Shown here: positions 9,651 to 19,506 of the stretch, in pieces | How the letters are laid out: each line of letters starts with the position of its first letter | How positions within the stretch are numbered: position 1 is the first letter of the stretch | Position numbers and translations under genes: made by a program | Notes under the pieces: generated by a model | What the model saw: only the letters and a program-made list of their open reading frames with translations | What the model was told of the DNA's origin: nothing | Database searches by the model: none | Source: an uncultured Flavobacteriales bacterium | GTDB taxonomy: Bacteria; Bacteroidota; Bacteroidia; Flavobacteriales; BACL11 | DNA length: 62,909 bases | NCBI GenBank assembly: GCA_913031595.1 | Contig: CAJWCP010000004.1 | Coordinates: 1 to 62,909, forward strand | Direction of reading: 5' to 3'

Positions 9651-11771
9651 TTACTTATTAGCTCCATTACTATCAACAGGCTCATAATCTTGTTCAAGAA
9701 CTTTAAAAGAAGTTCGTCTATTATACTGATGCGCCTTTTCTTTATTCTTTTTCGAAAATATTCTTTTAATGTAACGTTCTGTCAATACATCTCCAACATC
9801 AAACCTCCCATCCTTTGCTTCAATTACAAATGGTTCAGTCTCTCCCATACCTTTTGCAATTAATCTTCCTGGCTCTATTCCTTGACTAATTAAATATGCT
9901 ATACACACATCGGCTCTTTGCTGTGATAACACCATATTCTGAGTATACGTTCCTACAAAATCAGTATGAGATTTTAATTCAATCATTACCTCTGGATTTT
10001 CTTTTAAAGTTTCAGTTAAAATATCTAAATCAATAATAGATTGAGGTCTAAGATCCCACTTAGCAAAGTCATATTCTATTCTAGGTAAAATAATTTCCTT
10101 TTTTATTGGATCTATAGGTATGTTAATCTCAAAAATTGAATCATTTTCAATACCTAAAGTAGTTTCACTAACAGTTTTAGAAAGATATCCCTCTATATCA
10201 ACTACAATCTTGTATGTTGTTAGCGGTTCTAAATCAAACTGATATGTCCCCGTATTATCTGTAAAAGTTTGACGAACACCTCCTTCATTAGATAATAATT
10301 GAATAGGTGCTCCTGTAAGAATAGCTCCGCTTTTAGAATCAGTTAAAATTCCAGTAACAGAAAACTCTAAACCAGGAAGAGTAAACTGATATATATCATC
10401 TTTTCCTTTATTCCCTCTCTTTCTACTTGAAATAAGATACCCCTGCTCTCCATCATCTTCAACAATAATACCAAAATCATTAGCTGGAGAATTAATTGGG
10501 AATTTTAAATTAATTGGATCTATCCAATTATTAAATTCATCTTGTGATGTTTTATAAATATCAAGTCCTCCCATTCCTACATGACCTGTTGAAGCAAAAT
10601 AAAGAGTACCATCTTTATGTAAGAAAGGAAACATCTCGTCACCATTCGTATTAACAGAAGAGCCTAAATTCTTAGGCTTACTCCAATTATTTCTTTTTTC
10701 TTTATTAACCACCCATAAATCTTTCCCTCCATAACCTTCTTCTTTATTTGTAGACATCTCAGAAGAAAATATTAACATAGTTTCTTCTTCATTAAGTGTA
10801 GGGTGACCAATAGAGATATTACTATCAATATCAATCTGTAACAACTCTGGTTCTAACCAACTTCTACCACTTTTACTCTTCTTGGAAACATATATATGAC
10901 AATTATTAATTTTCTTTTTTTCAGCCTTACATCTAGTTAAATACATTCTTGTACCGCTTGAATTAAGGAAAACAGAACCTTCATTTCCTTCTGTATTAAT
11001 AGGTTCAGGTAAAATTTCCGGAATACTCCATCTTCCTTTTTTATCCATTTTTGTTTGATATATATCTGAGAAAAACTCTCCAGTCCATGGGTCAGTCTTT
11101 TCAGAAACTCCTCCAGCTCTTGAAGAAGTGAAATAAAGACTTAGGTAATCTTCGTCCCCAAAAGAAACTCCGTATTCAATATACTCGGTATTCAATAAAG
11201 GCATTGACTTTACTTTATACCTTGTAGGCATATTCTTCCATTTTAATGCAAAATTACACGATCTTAAACCCATCTCTCCTGGCACATAATCCTCAATTTT
11301 ACGATCTTTTTCTACTAAATCCTCAACAGTAGATTTATTCATGCCATTTGCAACTAAAAATTTTGTATAATATCTTTTTGCAGTCTTATAAGCCCCTCTC
11401 ATTCTAAGAACATCCGCATATTTTAAATATTTTATTGAAGCATCGTATTTAATAGGATCATTAATTCCATTAAAATTTGATTCAATAGCTCTCTTATAAT
11501 AGGTTTCTGCCTGATCTATATCTCCTGAAAATAGATAACATTCTGCTTGCATAAAAGTAATCTGAGCCTTTAATGCTTTATCATCATCACTTTCACCGTC
11601 AATCTTTTCATAAACTTTTTTATATAATTCTACTGCTTCATCATATTTTTCTAACACAAAAGCTTCATCTGCCTTAATTAATTTTCTACTTCGCTTTTGC
11701 CCATAAATATCATTCCCAACAAAAAAGAAAAGAATAAGGGAAATTGAACTTAAACGCAAGAATCTTCTCAT
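9651..11771 (-). CDS. PorE-like protein: TPR + PD40 propeller + carboxypeptidase-regulatory-like + OmpA_C
   Basis: N-terminal TPR-like helices; GYGGKDLW, NLGSSVNT..DEMFP, GMGGLDIY; SHTD..N..LSQQRA, NRRT. Confidence 0.88.
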   Translation of the reverse strand: MRRFLRLSSISLILFFFVGNDIYGQKRSRKLIKADEAFVLEKYDEAVELYKKVYEKIDGESDDDKALKAQITFMQAECYLFSGDIDQAETYYKRAIESNFNGINDPIKYDASIKYLKYADVLRMRGAYKTAKRYYTKFLVANGMNKSTVEDLVEKDRKIEDYVPGEMGLRSCNFALKWKNMPTRYKVKSMPLLNTEYIEYGVSFGDEDYLSLYFTSSRAGGVSEKTDPWTGEFFSDIYQTKMDKKGRWSIPEILPEPINTEGNEGSVFLNSSGTRMYLTRCKAEKKKINNCHIYVSKKSKSGRSWLEPELLQIDIDSNISIGHPTLNEEETMLIFSSEMSTNKEEGYGGKDLWVVNKEKRNNWSKPKNLGSSVNTNGDEMFPFLHKDGTLYFASTGHVGMGGLDIYKTSQDEFNNWIDPINLKFPINSPANDFGIIVEDDGEQGYLISSRKRGNKGKDDIYQFTLPGLEFSVTGILTDSKSGAILTGAPIQLLSNEGGVRQTFTDNTGTYQFDLEPLTTYKIVVDIEGYLSKTVSETTLGIENDSIFEINIPIDPIKKEIILPRIEYDFAKWDLRPQSIIDLDILTETLKENPEVMIELKSHTDFVGTYTQNMVLSQQRADVCIAYLISQGIEPGRLIAKGMGETEPFVIEAKDGRFDVGDVLTERYIKRIFSKKNKEKAHQYNRRTSFKVLEQDYEPVDSNGANK

Positions 11772-11972
11772 CTTAGTAATTTTAAAATTCGTGCTAAAAT
11801 AAACATTAATTTATAATTAGAAAAGAAAGTGCTATGTATATAAAAACATTAAAATGTTAATAAACTATTAGTAAATTCTACAAAAACACCATTAAGAGAC
11901 AATTTAAAAACATAATAATATTGTTTTTTTGTGCTAAATAGTTCGTATAATTCCTTTTAAAAAATATAAAAC

Positions 11973-12977
11973 ATGAGATCAAAATTAGAATACATTTGGC
12001 TAGACGGATACACTCCTACTCAAAATATGAGGAGTAAAACAAAAGTAATCGAAGACTTCTCTGGTAAACTTGAAGATTGTCCAACATGGTCTTTTGATGG
12101 CAGCTCCACAAAACAAGCTGTAGGAAATTCATCAGACTGCCTATTAAAACCTGTAGCTATATATCCAGACCCTGAACGAGAAAATGGGTTTTTAGTTATG
12201 ACTGAAGTATTAAATGCAGATGGGACTCCACATGCATCAAATGCAAGAGCAACTATTGATGATGATGATAATGATTTCTGGTTTGGATTTGAACAAGAAT
12301 ATTTTATCATGGATGTAGAAACACAACTTCCTTTAGGATTTCCATTAGGAGGTTACCCTGGTCCACAAGGACTTTATTACTGCTCTGTAGGAGGAAAAAA
12401 CACACATGGAAGACACTTTGTTGAAGAACATGCAGATCTTTGTATACAAGCAGGACTAAACTTTGAAGGAATTAATCAAGAAGTTGCATGCGGACAATGG
12501 GAATTCCAACTATTTGCAAAAGGAGCTAAAAAAGCTGGAGATGAAATATGGATAGCAAGATACTTATTAGATAGATTAACTGAAAATTATGGCTATTATA
12601 TTGAATATCATCCAAAACCAATTAAAGGAGATTGGAATGGTTCAGGAATGCATGCAAATTTCTCTAACTCTACTTTAAGAGAATGTGGATCTCAAGAAAC
12701 ATATGAAAAAATCTGTGAAGCTTTTAGACCAGTAACGAAAGAACATATCGATGTTTATGGAGCTTATAACGATCAAAGATTAACAGGATTGCATGAAACT
12801 GCCTCAATTAAAGATTTTAGCTATGGTATTTCAGATAGAGGAGCCTCAATAAGAATTCCTATTATCACAGTAGAAAAAGGATGGAAAGGATGGCTCGAAG
12901 ACAGAAGGCCAGCATCAAACGCAGATCCATACAAAATAGCAAGCCGTATTATTAAAACTGTAAAAGGAGCTGAATAA
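11973..12977 (+). CDS. glnA: Glutamine synthetase, type II
   Basis: 334 aa; EYIWLDG, WSFDGSST, WFGFEQEY, GDWNGSGMHANFS, RLTGLHET, EDRRPASNADPY. Confidence 0.95.
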   Translation: MRSKLEYIWLDGYTPTQNMRSKTKVIEDFSGKLEDCPTWSFDGSSTKQAVGNSSDCLLKPVAIYPDPERENGFLVMTEVLNADGTPHASNARATIDDDDNDFWFGFEQEYFIMDVETQLPLGFPLGGYPGPQGLYYCSVGGKNTHGRHFVEEHADLCIQAGLNFEGINQEVACGQWEFQLFAKGAKKAGDEIWIARYLLDRLTENYGYYIEYHPKPIKGDWNGSGMHANFSNSTLRECGSQETYEKICEAFRPVTKEHIDVYGAYNDQRLTGLHETASIKDFSYGISDRGASIRIPIITVEKGWKGWLEDRRPASNADPYKIASRIIKTVKGAE

Positions 12978-13033
12978 GTATTAGTTGCATAAGGTGGTCT
13001 GCAAAAGCATACTCTATTAAAGTACTTGTTTAA

Positions 13034-13246
13034 TTACGATTCATTTCGTTTCTCTTCTGAAGCGCTGTCTTGTATCTCTTTTCTGATATCATTTGACGCA
13101 TCCCGCATCTCACGAACAGCCTTACCTAACCCTTTAGCTAACTCAGGTATTTTTTTTGAACCAAAAAACATAACAATAAATAATAATATCACAACGATTT
13201 CCTGTCCACCAATAAATAATAAAAGATTAGAAATAATAACTTTCAA
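13034..13246 (-). CDS. tatA: Twin-arginine translocase subunit TatA/E
   Basis: GGQEI..FFGSKKIPELAKGLGKAVRE; start uncertain (TTG). Confidence 0.92.
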   Translation of the reverse strand: MKVIISNLLLFIGGQEIVVILLFIVMFFGSKKIPELAKGLGKAVREMRDASNDIRKEIQDSASEEKRNES

Positions 13247-13254
13247 TAGTAAGT

Positions 13255-16200
13255 TTATTTTGTATTACCTTCTTTCTTTCTTATTGTATCAAGCATTATA
13301 GGAGAGGCAACAAACAAAGAAGAATATGTTCCAATCACAACACCAACCATCAATGCAAACATAAATCCTCTAATCACTTCTCCACCAAATATGAAAATTA
13401 TTAAAAGAACAACAAAGGTAGTCAAGGATGTATTAATAGTTCTACTCAAAGTACTATTAAGCGCTCCATTAATAATTTCATGCACTTCTTTCTTCTTGTT
13501 ATTATTAATATATTCTCTTACTCTATCAAAAACAACCACAGTATCATTCAATGAATATCCAATAATTGTTAAAATAGCTGCAATAAATGCCTGATCTATC
13601 TCAAGAGAAAAAGGCAATAACCCATACATTACAGAAAAAACTGAAAGAACAATCAACACATCATGAAATACTGCAGCAACAGCTCCAAGACTAAACTGCC
13701 ATCTTCTAAACCTAATTAAGATATACATGAAGATTACGAGAAGTGAGAATATAATTGACCAAAAAGCTGCATTTTTAATATCATCTGCAATAGTAGGCCC
13801 TACTTTTTGAGAACTCATAATTTCATATTGAATGCCTGTACTAGATAACCCTTCTGAAAGTTTTGACTCTACAATCTCATCAGCTGTAAGCTCACTATTA
13901 GAAATCATAAAAGAAGTAGTAATCTTAAGCTGATTTTGATCCCCAAAAGTTTTAACTTGAGGAGCATACTTTAATCCATTCTTATCAACAAAGACATCTG
14001 TTAATGTAGATCTTAGTTTTTCACTATCAATTTTATCATCAAAACGAACAACATATGTACGCCCACCAACAAAGTCAACACCATAATTCAACCCTTTTGT
14101 AAAAAGTGAGCCAATACCTAAAAGAATAAGAATAGAAGAAATAATATAGAATCGTTTCCTTTTACCTATAAAATCAATATTAATATTCTTAAATGCTCCA
14201 TCAGTTAGCTTAGTAGCAAAAGTCATTATCTTCCCCTTATTCAATCTAGCAGATATAACTAATCTTGTAATAAATATTGCTGCAAAAAGTGAAGTTAAGA
14301 TTCCTATAACAAGAGTTGTCGCAAACCCTTTTATAGGACCAGTCCCAAAATAATAAAGAATAATCCCTGTTAGTAGTGTAGTTACATTAGCATCAATAAT
14401 AGAACTATACGCACTATTATACCCATCTGATATAGCTAAACGTATACCCTTCCCATTTCTAAGCTCTTCCCGAATACGTTCATAAATAAGAACATTAGCA
14501 TCAACAGACATACCAATAGTTAATACAATACCCGCAATACCTGGTAAAGTAAGAACAGCTCCTAATGAAGAAAGGACTCCGAAAATAAAGAAAATATTTG
14601 CTAATAATGCCACATTAGAAACTAAACCTGCTCTACTATAATAAAAAATCATATAAACTAACACAAGACACAAAGCAAAAATAAATGACCTTAATCCTGA
14701 ATTTATTGCTTCCTCACCAAGAGAAGGACCAACAATAGCCTCCTCAATAATACGAGCAGGAGCAGGCAGCTTTCCAGACTTTAATATATTTGCTAAATCC
14801 TGAGCCTCATTAACCGTAAAGTTTCCTGTAATCTGTGATTGTCCTCCTGAAATTTCAGATTGCACTGTAGGAAAAGAATAAACATAACCATCCAAAACAA
14901 TAGCAATAGACTTGCCTATATTCTCTGCTGTTAATCTTTTCCATTGTTTTGCTCCTTCTGCGTTCATACTCATTGAAACTTCTGCTGAAGCGCCTAATTG
15001 CCCAAAACCCTGATTTGCATCAGTCACAACATCTCCTTGCATAGCAGATAGGCCATTTCTATCAGATTTCAGAGCAACTAACTGAACAAAACGACCCTCC
15101 CCATCAGATGATTTAACGGTATATGCAAATTTAACATCAATAGGAAAGAAATTCTTAATTGCTTCATCATTAAGATATGTATTTAAAGTAGCGGTATCTT
15201 TTACAGCGCAAAAACCCACAACAGGACCTGTATTAAGTTGACCTGTTTGTTGATTAACATTTGGATATAATAGTGCATATAAAGGATTCTGAGCAGAGAA
15301 CTCCTCTAAACTAAGTTCTAAAGATGAAGTGTCAGAAGAAATAGAGTCTTCTGACACTCCCTCTAAAAGTGAGGCAATTTCCTCCTCAGATTCTAAATCT
15401 TTAGAATCAGTATCTGTAACCAGCTCATCTTTCGATGCTAAACTTTTTTCTTCCTCAGTCGATTTTATATCTCTAAGAAAAGTATTTACATTCTCAAGAG
15501 ATTGAAACAACTCGCTATACTCATAAGTCTCCCAAAATTCCAACTGTGCTGTTGACTGTAATAACTTCCTTGCTCTTTCAGTCTCTTTAATACCAGGTAA
15601 TTCTACTAGTATCCTTCCCGAACCTTCTAACCTCTGAATATTAGGCTGAGTAACTCCAAAACGATCAATTCTACTTCTTAAAATATTAAAAGAACGATCA
15701 ATTGCTGCTTCTACCTCAATAGATATAATTTCTATAACTTCTTGATTAGTAGAAGAAAATTGGATTTTATCGCGTAAATCTGGAGTTGCAAAAATAGCTG
15801 AAAGACCTACATTTGGTGCAGGCGCTAATTTTTCATACTCAAGCTGAAATAATGTCACAAAATTATCTTGACTATTCTCTTGTGCCTTTAATGCATTAGA
15901 AATAGCAACATTAAAAATAGAATCATTACTATTATTTGACAATGCCTTTACAACATCAACAACCATAACTTCTAAAGTCACATTCATACCCCCTTTAAGG
16001 TCAAGACCAAGATTAATCTCCCTTTGTTTACATTCAGCATAAGTATATGATGTCAAAAGAATATCATATACTTTTTCACTATTTATAGAATCAAGATAAA
16101 ATTTCTTTTTATTTTCTTCAATAGAAGCCAGAGTTATTCCTAGCTGTAAACTGTCAACTAAAGAATCTTGAGAAAAATTCTCTGAAATTATCTCTTGTAA

Positions 16201-16338
16201 ATTATTATCTATATGAGCACGAGCATACTCATTTGCATCATTTTCAACTCCATCGGCAACCCAAGTAAAGGATAACTGATATAAACAAACTACAGCCAAA
16301 ACGATTGCAAAAATCTTAATAACATTTCTGTTTTGCAT
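13255..16338 (-). CDS. secDF: Protein translocase SecDF (fused)
   Basis: NLGLDLKGG, VGPSLG, IGMSVDANVLIYERIREE, GVDFVGG, GYSLNDTVVVFDRVRE. Confidence 0.97.
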   Translation of the reverse strand: MQNRNVIKIFAIVLAVVCLYQLSFTWVADGVENDANEYARAHIDNNLQEIISENFSQDSLVDSLQLGITLASIEENKKKFYLDSINSEKVYDILLTSYTYAECKQREINLGLDLKGGMNVTLEVMVVDVVKALSNNSNDSIFNVAISNALKAQENSQDNFVTLFQLEYEKLAPAPNVGLSAIFATPDLRDKIQFSSTNQEVIEIISIEVEAAIDRSFNILRSRIDRFGVTQPNIQRLEGSGRILVELPGIKETERARKLLQSTAQLEFWETYEYSELFQSLENVNTFLRDIKSTEEEKSLASKDELVTDTDSKDLESEEEIASLLEGVSEDSISSDTSSLELSLEEFSAQNPLYALLYPNVNQQTGQLNTGPVVGFCAVKDTATLNTYLNDEAIKNFFPIDVKFAYTVKSSDGEGRFVQLVALKSDRNGLSAMQGDVVTDANQGFGQLGASAEVSMSMNAEGAKQWKRLTAENIGKSIAIVLDGYVYSFPTVQSEISGGQSQITGNFTVNEAQDLANILKSGKLPAPARIIEEAIVGPSLGEEAINSGLRSFIFALCLVLVYMIFYYSRAGLVSNVALLANIFFIFGVLSSLGAVLTLPGIAGIVLTIGMSVDANVLIYERIREELRNGKGIRLAISDGYNSAYSSIIDANVTTLLTGIILYYFGTGPIKGFATTLVIGILTSLFAAIFITRLVISARLNKGKIMTFATKLTDGAFKNINIDFIGKRKRFYIISSILILLGIGSLFTKGLNYGVDFVGGRTYVVRFDDKIDSEKLRSTLTDVFVDKNGLKYAPQVKTFGDQNQLKITTSFMISNSELTADEIVESKLSEGLSSTGIQYEIMSSQKVGPTIADDIKNAAFWSIIFSLLVIFMYILIRFRRWQFSLGAVAAVFHDVLIVLSVFSVMYGLLPFSLEIDQAFIAAILTIIGYSLNDTVVVFDRVREYINNNKKKEVHEIINGALNSTLSRTINTSLTTFVVLLIIFIFGGEVIRGFMFALMVGVVIGTYSSLFVASPIMLDTIRKKEGNTK

Positions 16339-16374
16339 AATCTTTATTTTTTATCTAGTCTTTTAAATAGTCGG

Positions 16375-16382
16375 CAAATATA
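16375..16382 (-). promoter_or_regulatory. -7 promoter element of secDF
   Basis: TATATTTG. Confidence 0.6.
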
Positions 16383-16478
16383 ACCTTTAACAACAAATAA
16401 TACAATTTGTCCAAGTAAAAACTTATAATTGTATAAGAGAATTCATGACAAGACTTTTATACTTAAAAAAATATCTAT

Positions 16479-16486
16479 TACTTTTG
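16479..16486 (+). promoter_or_regulatory. -7 promoter element of the FG-GAP protein gene
   Basis: TACTTTTG 14 nt before the ATG. Confidence 0.6.
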
Positions 16487-16500
16487 CATAAAACCATCTT

Positions 16501-18660
16501 ATGTATAGATTTCTTATCCTATTTTTTATATTATTTTACAATTCAGTTTCAGCACAAATAATATTGAACAGAGATACTAGCCTTAAAATATATGAAAATG
16601 GAGAGCGCTTTAACTCTCCTTTTATAGGAGGAATTAATTCAGCACAAATCTCAGAAATAGATTTAAATTTAGATGGAATACTTGATTTAGTTGTTTTTGA
16701 TAAATCAGGCAATAAAATTATTCCATTTGTCAATAACAATAATCATTATATTTATGAGCCAAAATATCGTGATAATTTTCCAGAAACACACGACTGGATG
16801 TTACTAGCAGATTATAATTGTGATGGAAGAAATGATATCTACACATATTCTTCAGGAGGGATGGCTATTTATGAAAATACTTCAACCAACGAACTAAATT
16901 TCACATTAATTTCTCCTCTTGTTATGTCTGATTATGGCAATAATAATCTAAATATATACATTAGTCCAGTCGATATTCCTGCAATCACTGATGTAGATGA
17001 TGATGGGGACCTAGATATCTTAACCTTCTCAATACTAGGAGGATTTGTGGAATATCATAAAAATACCGCTATTGAACTGTCAGGAAGTTGCGATACAATT
17101 GCTTTTGAATTATCTGAAAATTGCTGGGGACTATTTTATGAAGGACTTAATAATTATGTCTTAAATTGTCCTAATTGTCAATGTCCTTCAATAATAAATA
17201 ATATTAATCAAAAAAAACAAAAACATGCTGGCTCAACACTATGCGCTATTGATATAGACAATGATAATGATCAAGACCTTATATTAGGAGATGTTAGTTT
17301 TAACAATGTTAATTTACTAATAAATGGAGGAGACAATCAAAATGCTTTCATGGTTAATGTTGACTCTATTTTTCCTCAAAACTACAACAATACAACTGGT
17401 GCTAATATTCAATACCCAGCCTCATACTATATAGATGTTACAAATGATGGCATAAAAGATCTATTAGTAACGACAAATAGTGAAAATAATTCAGAAAATT
17501 TTGAGAGTATATGGCTATATACGAACAATGGTCAAAATAATAATCCTAATTTCACTTTTGAAAAAAATAATTTCCTGCAAGATGAAATGATTGACTTAGG
17601 AACATCTGCCTTCCCCTCCTTTTATGACTATAATGGTGACAGTCTATTAGATATAGTAGTAGGAAATTATGGTTATCATAATGTAAATGGGAATCCAACA
17701 TCTTCCTTAGCTTTGTTTAAAAATATAGGAACAAGTAACAACCCAAAATATGATCTTATTGACAGGGATTGGCTTGGAATATCTTCTATAAATTTAAACA
17801 CTACACTAAATATGCCTTCATTAAACATCTACCCCTCATTTGGCGATCTAAATGGAGACGGGAATGATGACTTGCTTATTGGTGACGCAAATGGTAAATT
17901 ACATTTTTTTACAAATACAGGAGTAGGAAGTTTCCAACTTACATCTGCAGATTATTTCAATATTGACGTAGGATATTTTGCGCAACCTCAAATAATAGAC
18001 GTTAATCGTGACGGATTAAATGATATTATAATTGGAGAGCAAAATGGAACAATTAATTATTGTCCAAATAATGGAACTAATAATATAGCATTATTTGACA
18101 CAGTCATCACTAATCTAGGAGGCATTAATGTAGATGACTCATTAATTAGCACTGGCTTTAGCAGTCCTTTTATGATAGATATCAATGGCTCATACCAACT
18201 ATTTGTAGGGTCTTACTCAGGAAATATTTATCAATTTAATAATATTGACAATAATCTCACTGGAACATTCAACAATATAAACAGTGCAATATCAGAAATA
18301 TGGGATGGAGGAAAATGTGCATTAACACTTGCTGATATAACAAATGACAATAAGTTGGATATGATATTAGGCAATGTTTCAGGAGGGATATCTTATTTTA
18401 GTAGTGATTCTGCCTTAATTAATGATTTTAATCAAGAGCAAAGTAAAAATGATATATTACTTTTTCCAAACCCAGCAAGTCAGCAAGTCACAATAATTAA
18501 TAATGAATTAAACAAAATAAAGATAATAGATCTGTATGGAAGGACCCTATACTCTCAAGAATCCCAAGACATATCTACTCTAATTAACATAGAATTTCTC
18601 ACAAAAGGAATATATATTGTCCAATCAGGTAACAGAACAAGCAAGTTGATTATAAAATAA
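16501..18660 (+). CDS. FG-GAP/VCBS-repeat protein with T9SS type A C-terminal domain
   Basis: Signal peptide ending SA-Q; repeated DxD/NxDGxxD motifs; C-terminus FPNPA..GIYIV..KLIIK. Confidence 0.9.
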   Translation: MYRFLILFFILFYNSVSAQIILNRDTSLKIYENGERFNSPFIGGINSAQISEIDLNLDGILDLVVFDKSGNKIIPFVNNNNHYIYEPKYRDNFPETHDWMLLADYNCDGRNDIYTYSSGGMAIYENTSTNELNFTLISPLVMSDYGNNNLNIYISPVDIPAITDVDDDGDLDILTFSILGGFVEYHKNTAIELSGSCDTIAFELSENCWGLFYEGLNNYVLNCPNCQCPSIINNINQKKQKHAGSTLCAIDIDNDNDQDLILGDVSFNNVNLLINGGDNQNAFMVNVDSIFPQNYNNTTGANIQYPASYYIDVTNDGIKDLLVTTNSENNSENFESIWLYTNNGQNNNPNFTFEKNNFLQDEMIDLGTSAFPSFYDYNGDSLLDIVVGNYGYHNVNGNPTSSLALFKNIGTSNNPKYDLIDRDWLGISSINLNTTLNMPSLNIYPSFGDLNGDGNDDLLIGDANGKLHFFTNTGVGSFQLTSADYFNIDVGYFAQPQIIDVNRDGLNDIIIGEQNGTINYCPNNGTNNIALFDTVITNLGGINVDDSLISTGFSSPFMIDINGSYQLFVGSYSGNIYQFNNIDNNLTGTFNNINSAISEIWDGGKCALTLADITNDNKLDMILGNVSGGISYFSSDSALINDFNQEQSKNDILLFPNPASQQVTIINNELNKIKIIDLYGRTLYSQESQDISTLINIEFLTKGIYIVQSGNRTSKLIIK

Positions 18661-18675
18661 ACGAAATCAAAAACA

Positions 18676-18683
18676 TATATTTG
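18676..18683 (+). promoter_or_regulatory. -7 promoter element of dapD
   Basis: TATATTTG only 4 nt before the ATG. Confidence 0.6.
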
Positions 18684-18687
18684 CCTT

Positions 18688-19506
18688 ATGAAGAAAAAAT
18701 GGAAAGAAATAGTTAATTCAGCCTGGGAAGAAAGAGAATTACTTCAAAAAAAAGAAGTAAAAATATGTATAGAAAAAATCATAGAAGAAATAGATAAAGG
18801 AACGTTACGTCCAGCTGAACCAAAAAATTCTGGATGGCAAATCAACGAATGGGTAAAGAAAGCTATTATTCTCTACTTTCCAATACAAAATATGAATACA
18901 ATAGAAGTGGGACCACTAGAATTTCATGATAAGATGAAATTAAAAACTGGCTACAAAGACCTTAAAGTGCGTGTTGTTCCTCATGCGATAGCGCGTTACG
19001 GATCATTTCTAGCTCCTGGTGTAATCCTAATGCCTTCATATGTAAATATTGGCGCCTATGTAGATTCTGGCACTATGATAGACACCTGGGCAACTGTTGG
19101 ATCTTGTGCTCAGATTGGTAAAAATGTACATATCTCAGGAGGAGTAGGAATCGGAGGCGTACTTGAACCTATTCAAGCATCACCAGTCATTATTGAAGAT
19201 AATACTTTTATCGGATCAAGAGCAATTATAGTTGAAGGAGTAAAAATTGAAAGAGAAGCTGTAATAGCAGCCAATGTAGTATTAACATCCTCTACAAAAA
19301 TCATTGATGTTACAAAAGAAAAACCTATTGAATATAAGAAAACTGTTCCTAAAAATTCAGTAGTAATTCCTGGAAGTTACAATAAAAAATTTCCAGGAGG
19401 TGAGTACGGAGTAAATTGTGCTTTAATTATTGGTCAAAGAAAGGAAAGCACAAATAAAAAAACATCACTAAATGAAGCACTTAGAGAATATAATCTTTCA
19501 ATCTAA
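18688..19506 (+). CDS. dapD: Tetrahydrodipicolinate N-succinyltransferase
   Basis: WVKKAI, RVVP, MPSYVNIGAYVD, DTWATVGSCAQIG, KTSLNEALR. Confidence 0.96.
   Translation: MKKKWKEIVNSAWEERELLQKKEVKICIEKIIEEIDKGTLRPAEPKNSGWQINEWVKKAIILYFPIQNMNTIEVGPLEFHDKMKLKTGYKDLKVRVVPHAIARYGSFLAPGVILMPSYVNIGAYVDSGTMIDTWATVGSCAQIGKNVHISGGVGIGGVLEPIQASPVIIEDNTFIGSRAIIVEGVKIEREAVIAANVVLTSSTKIIDVTKEKPIEYKKTVPKNSVVIPGSYNKKFPGGEYGVNCALIIGQRKESTNKKTSLNEALREYNLSI

Noticed and set aside
12986-13005. TTGCA..TGCAA as a glnA/tatA bidirectional terminator
   Set aside because: A 5-bp stem with a 10-nt loop is too weak to call
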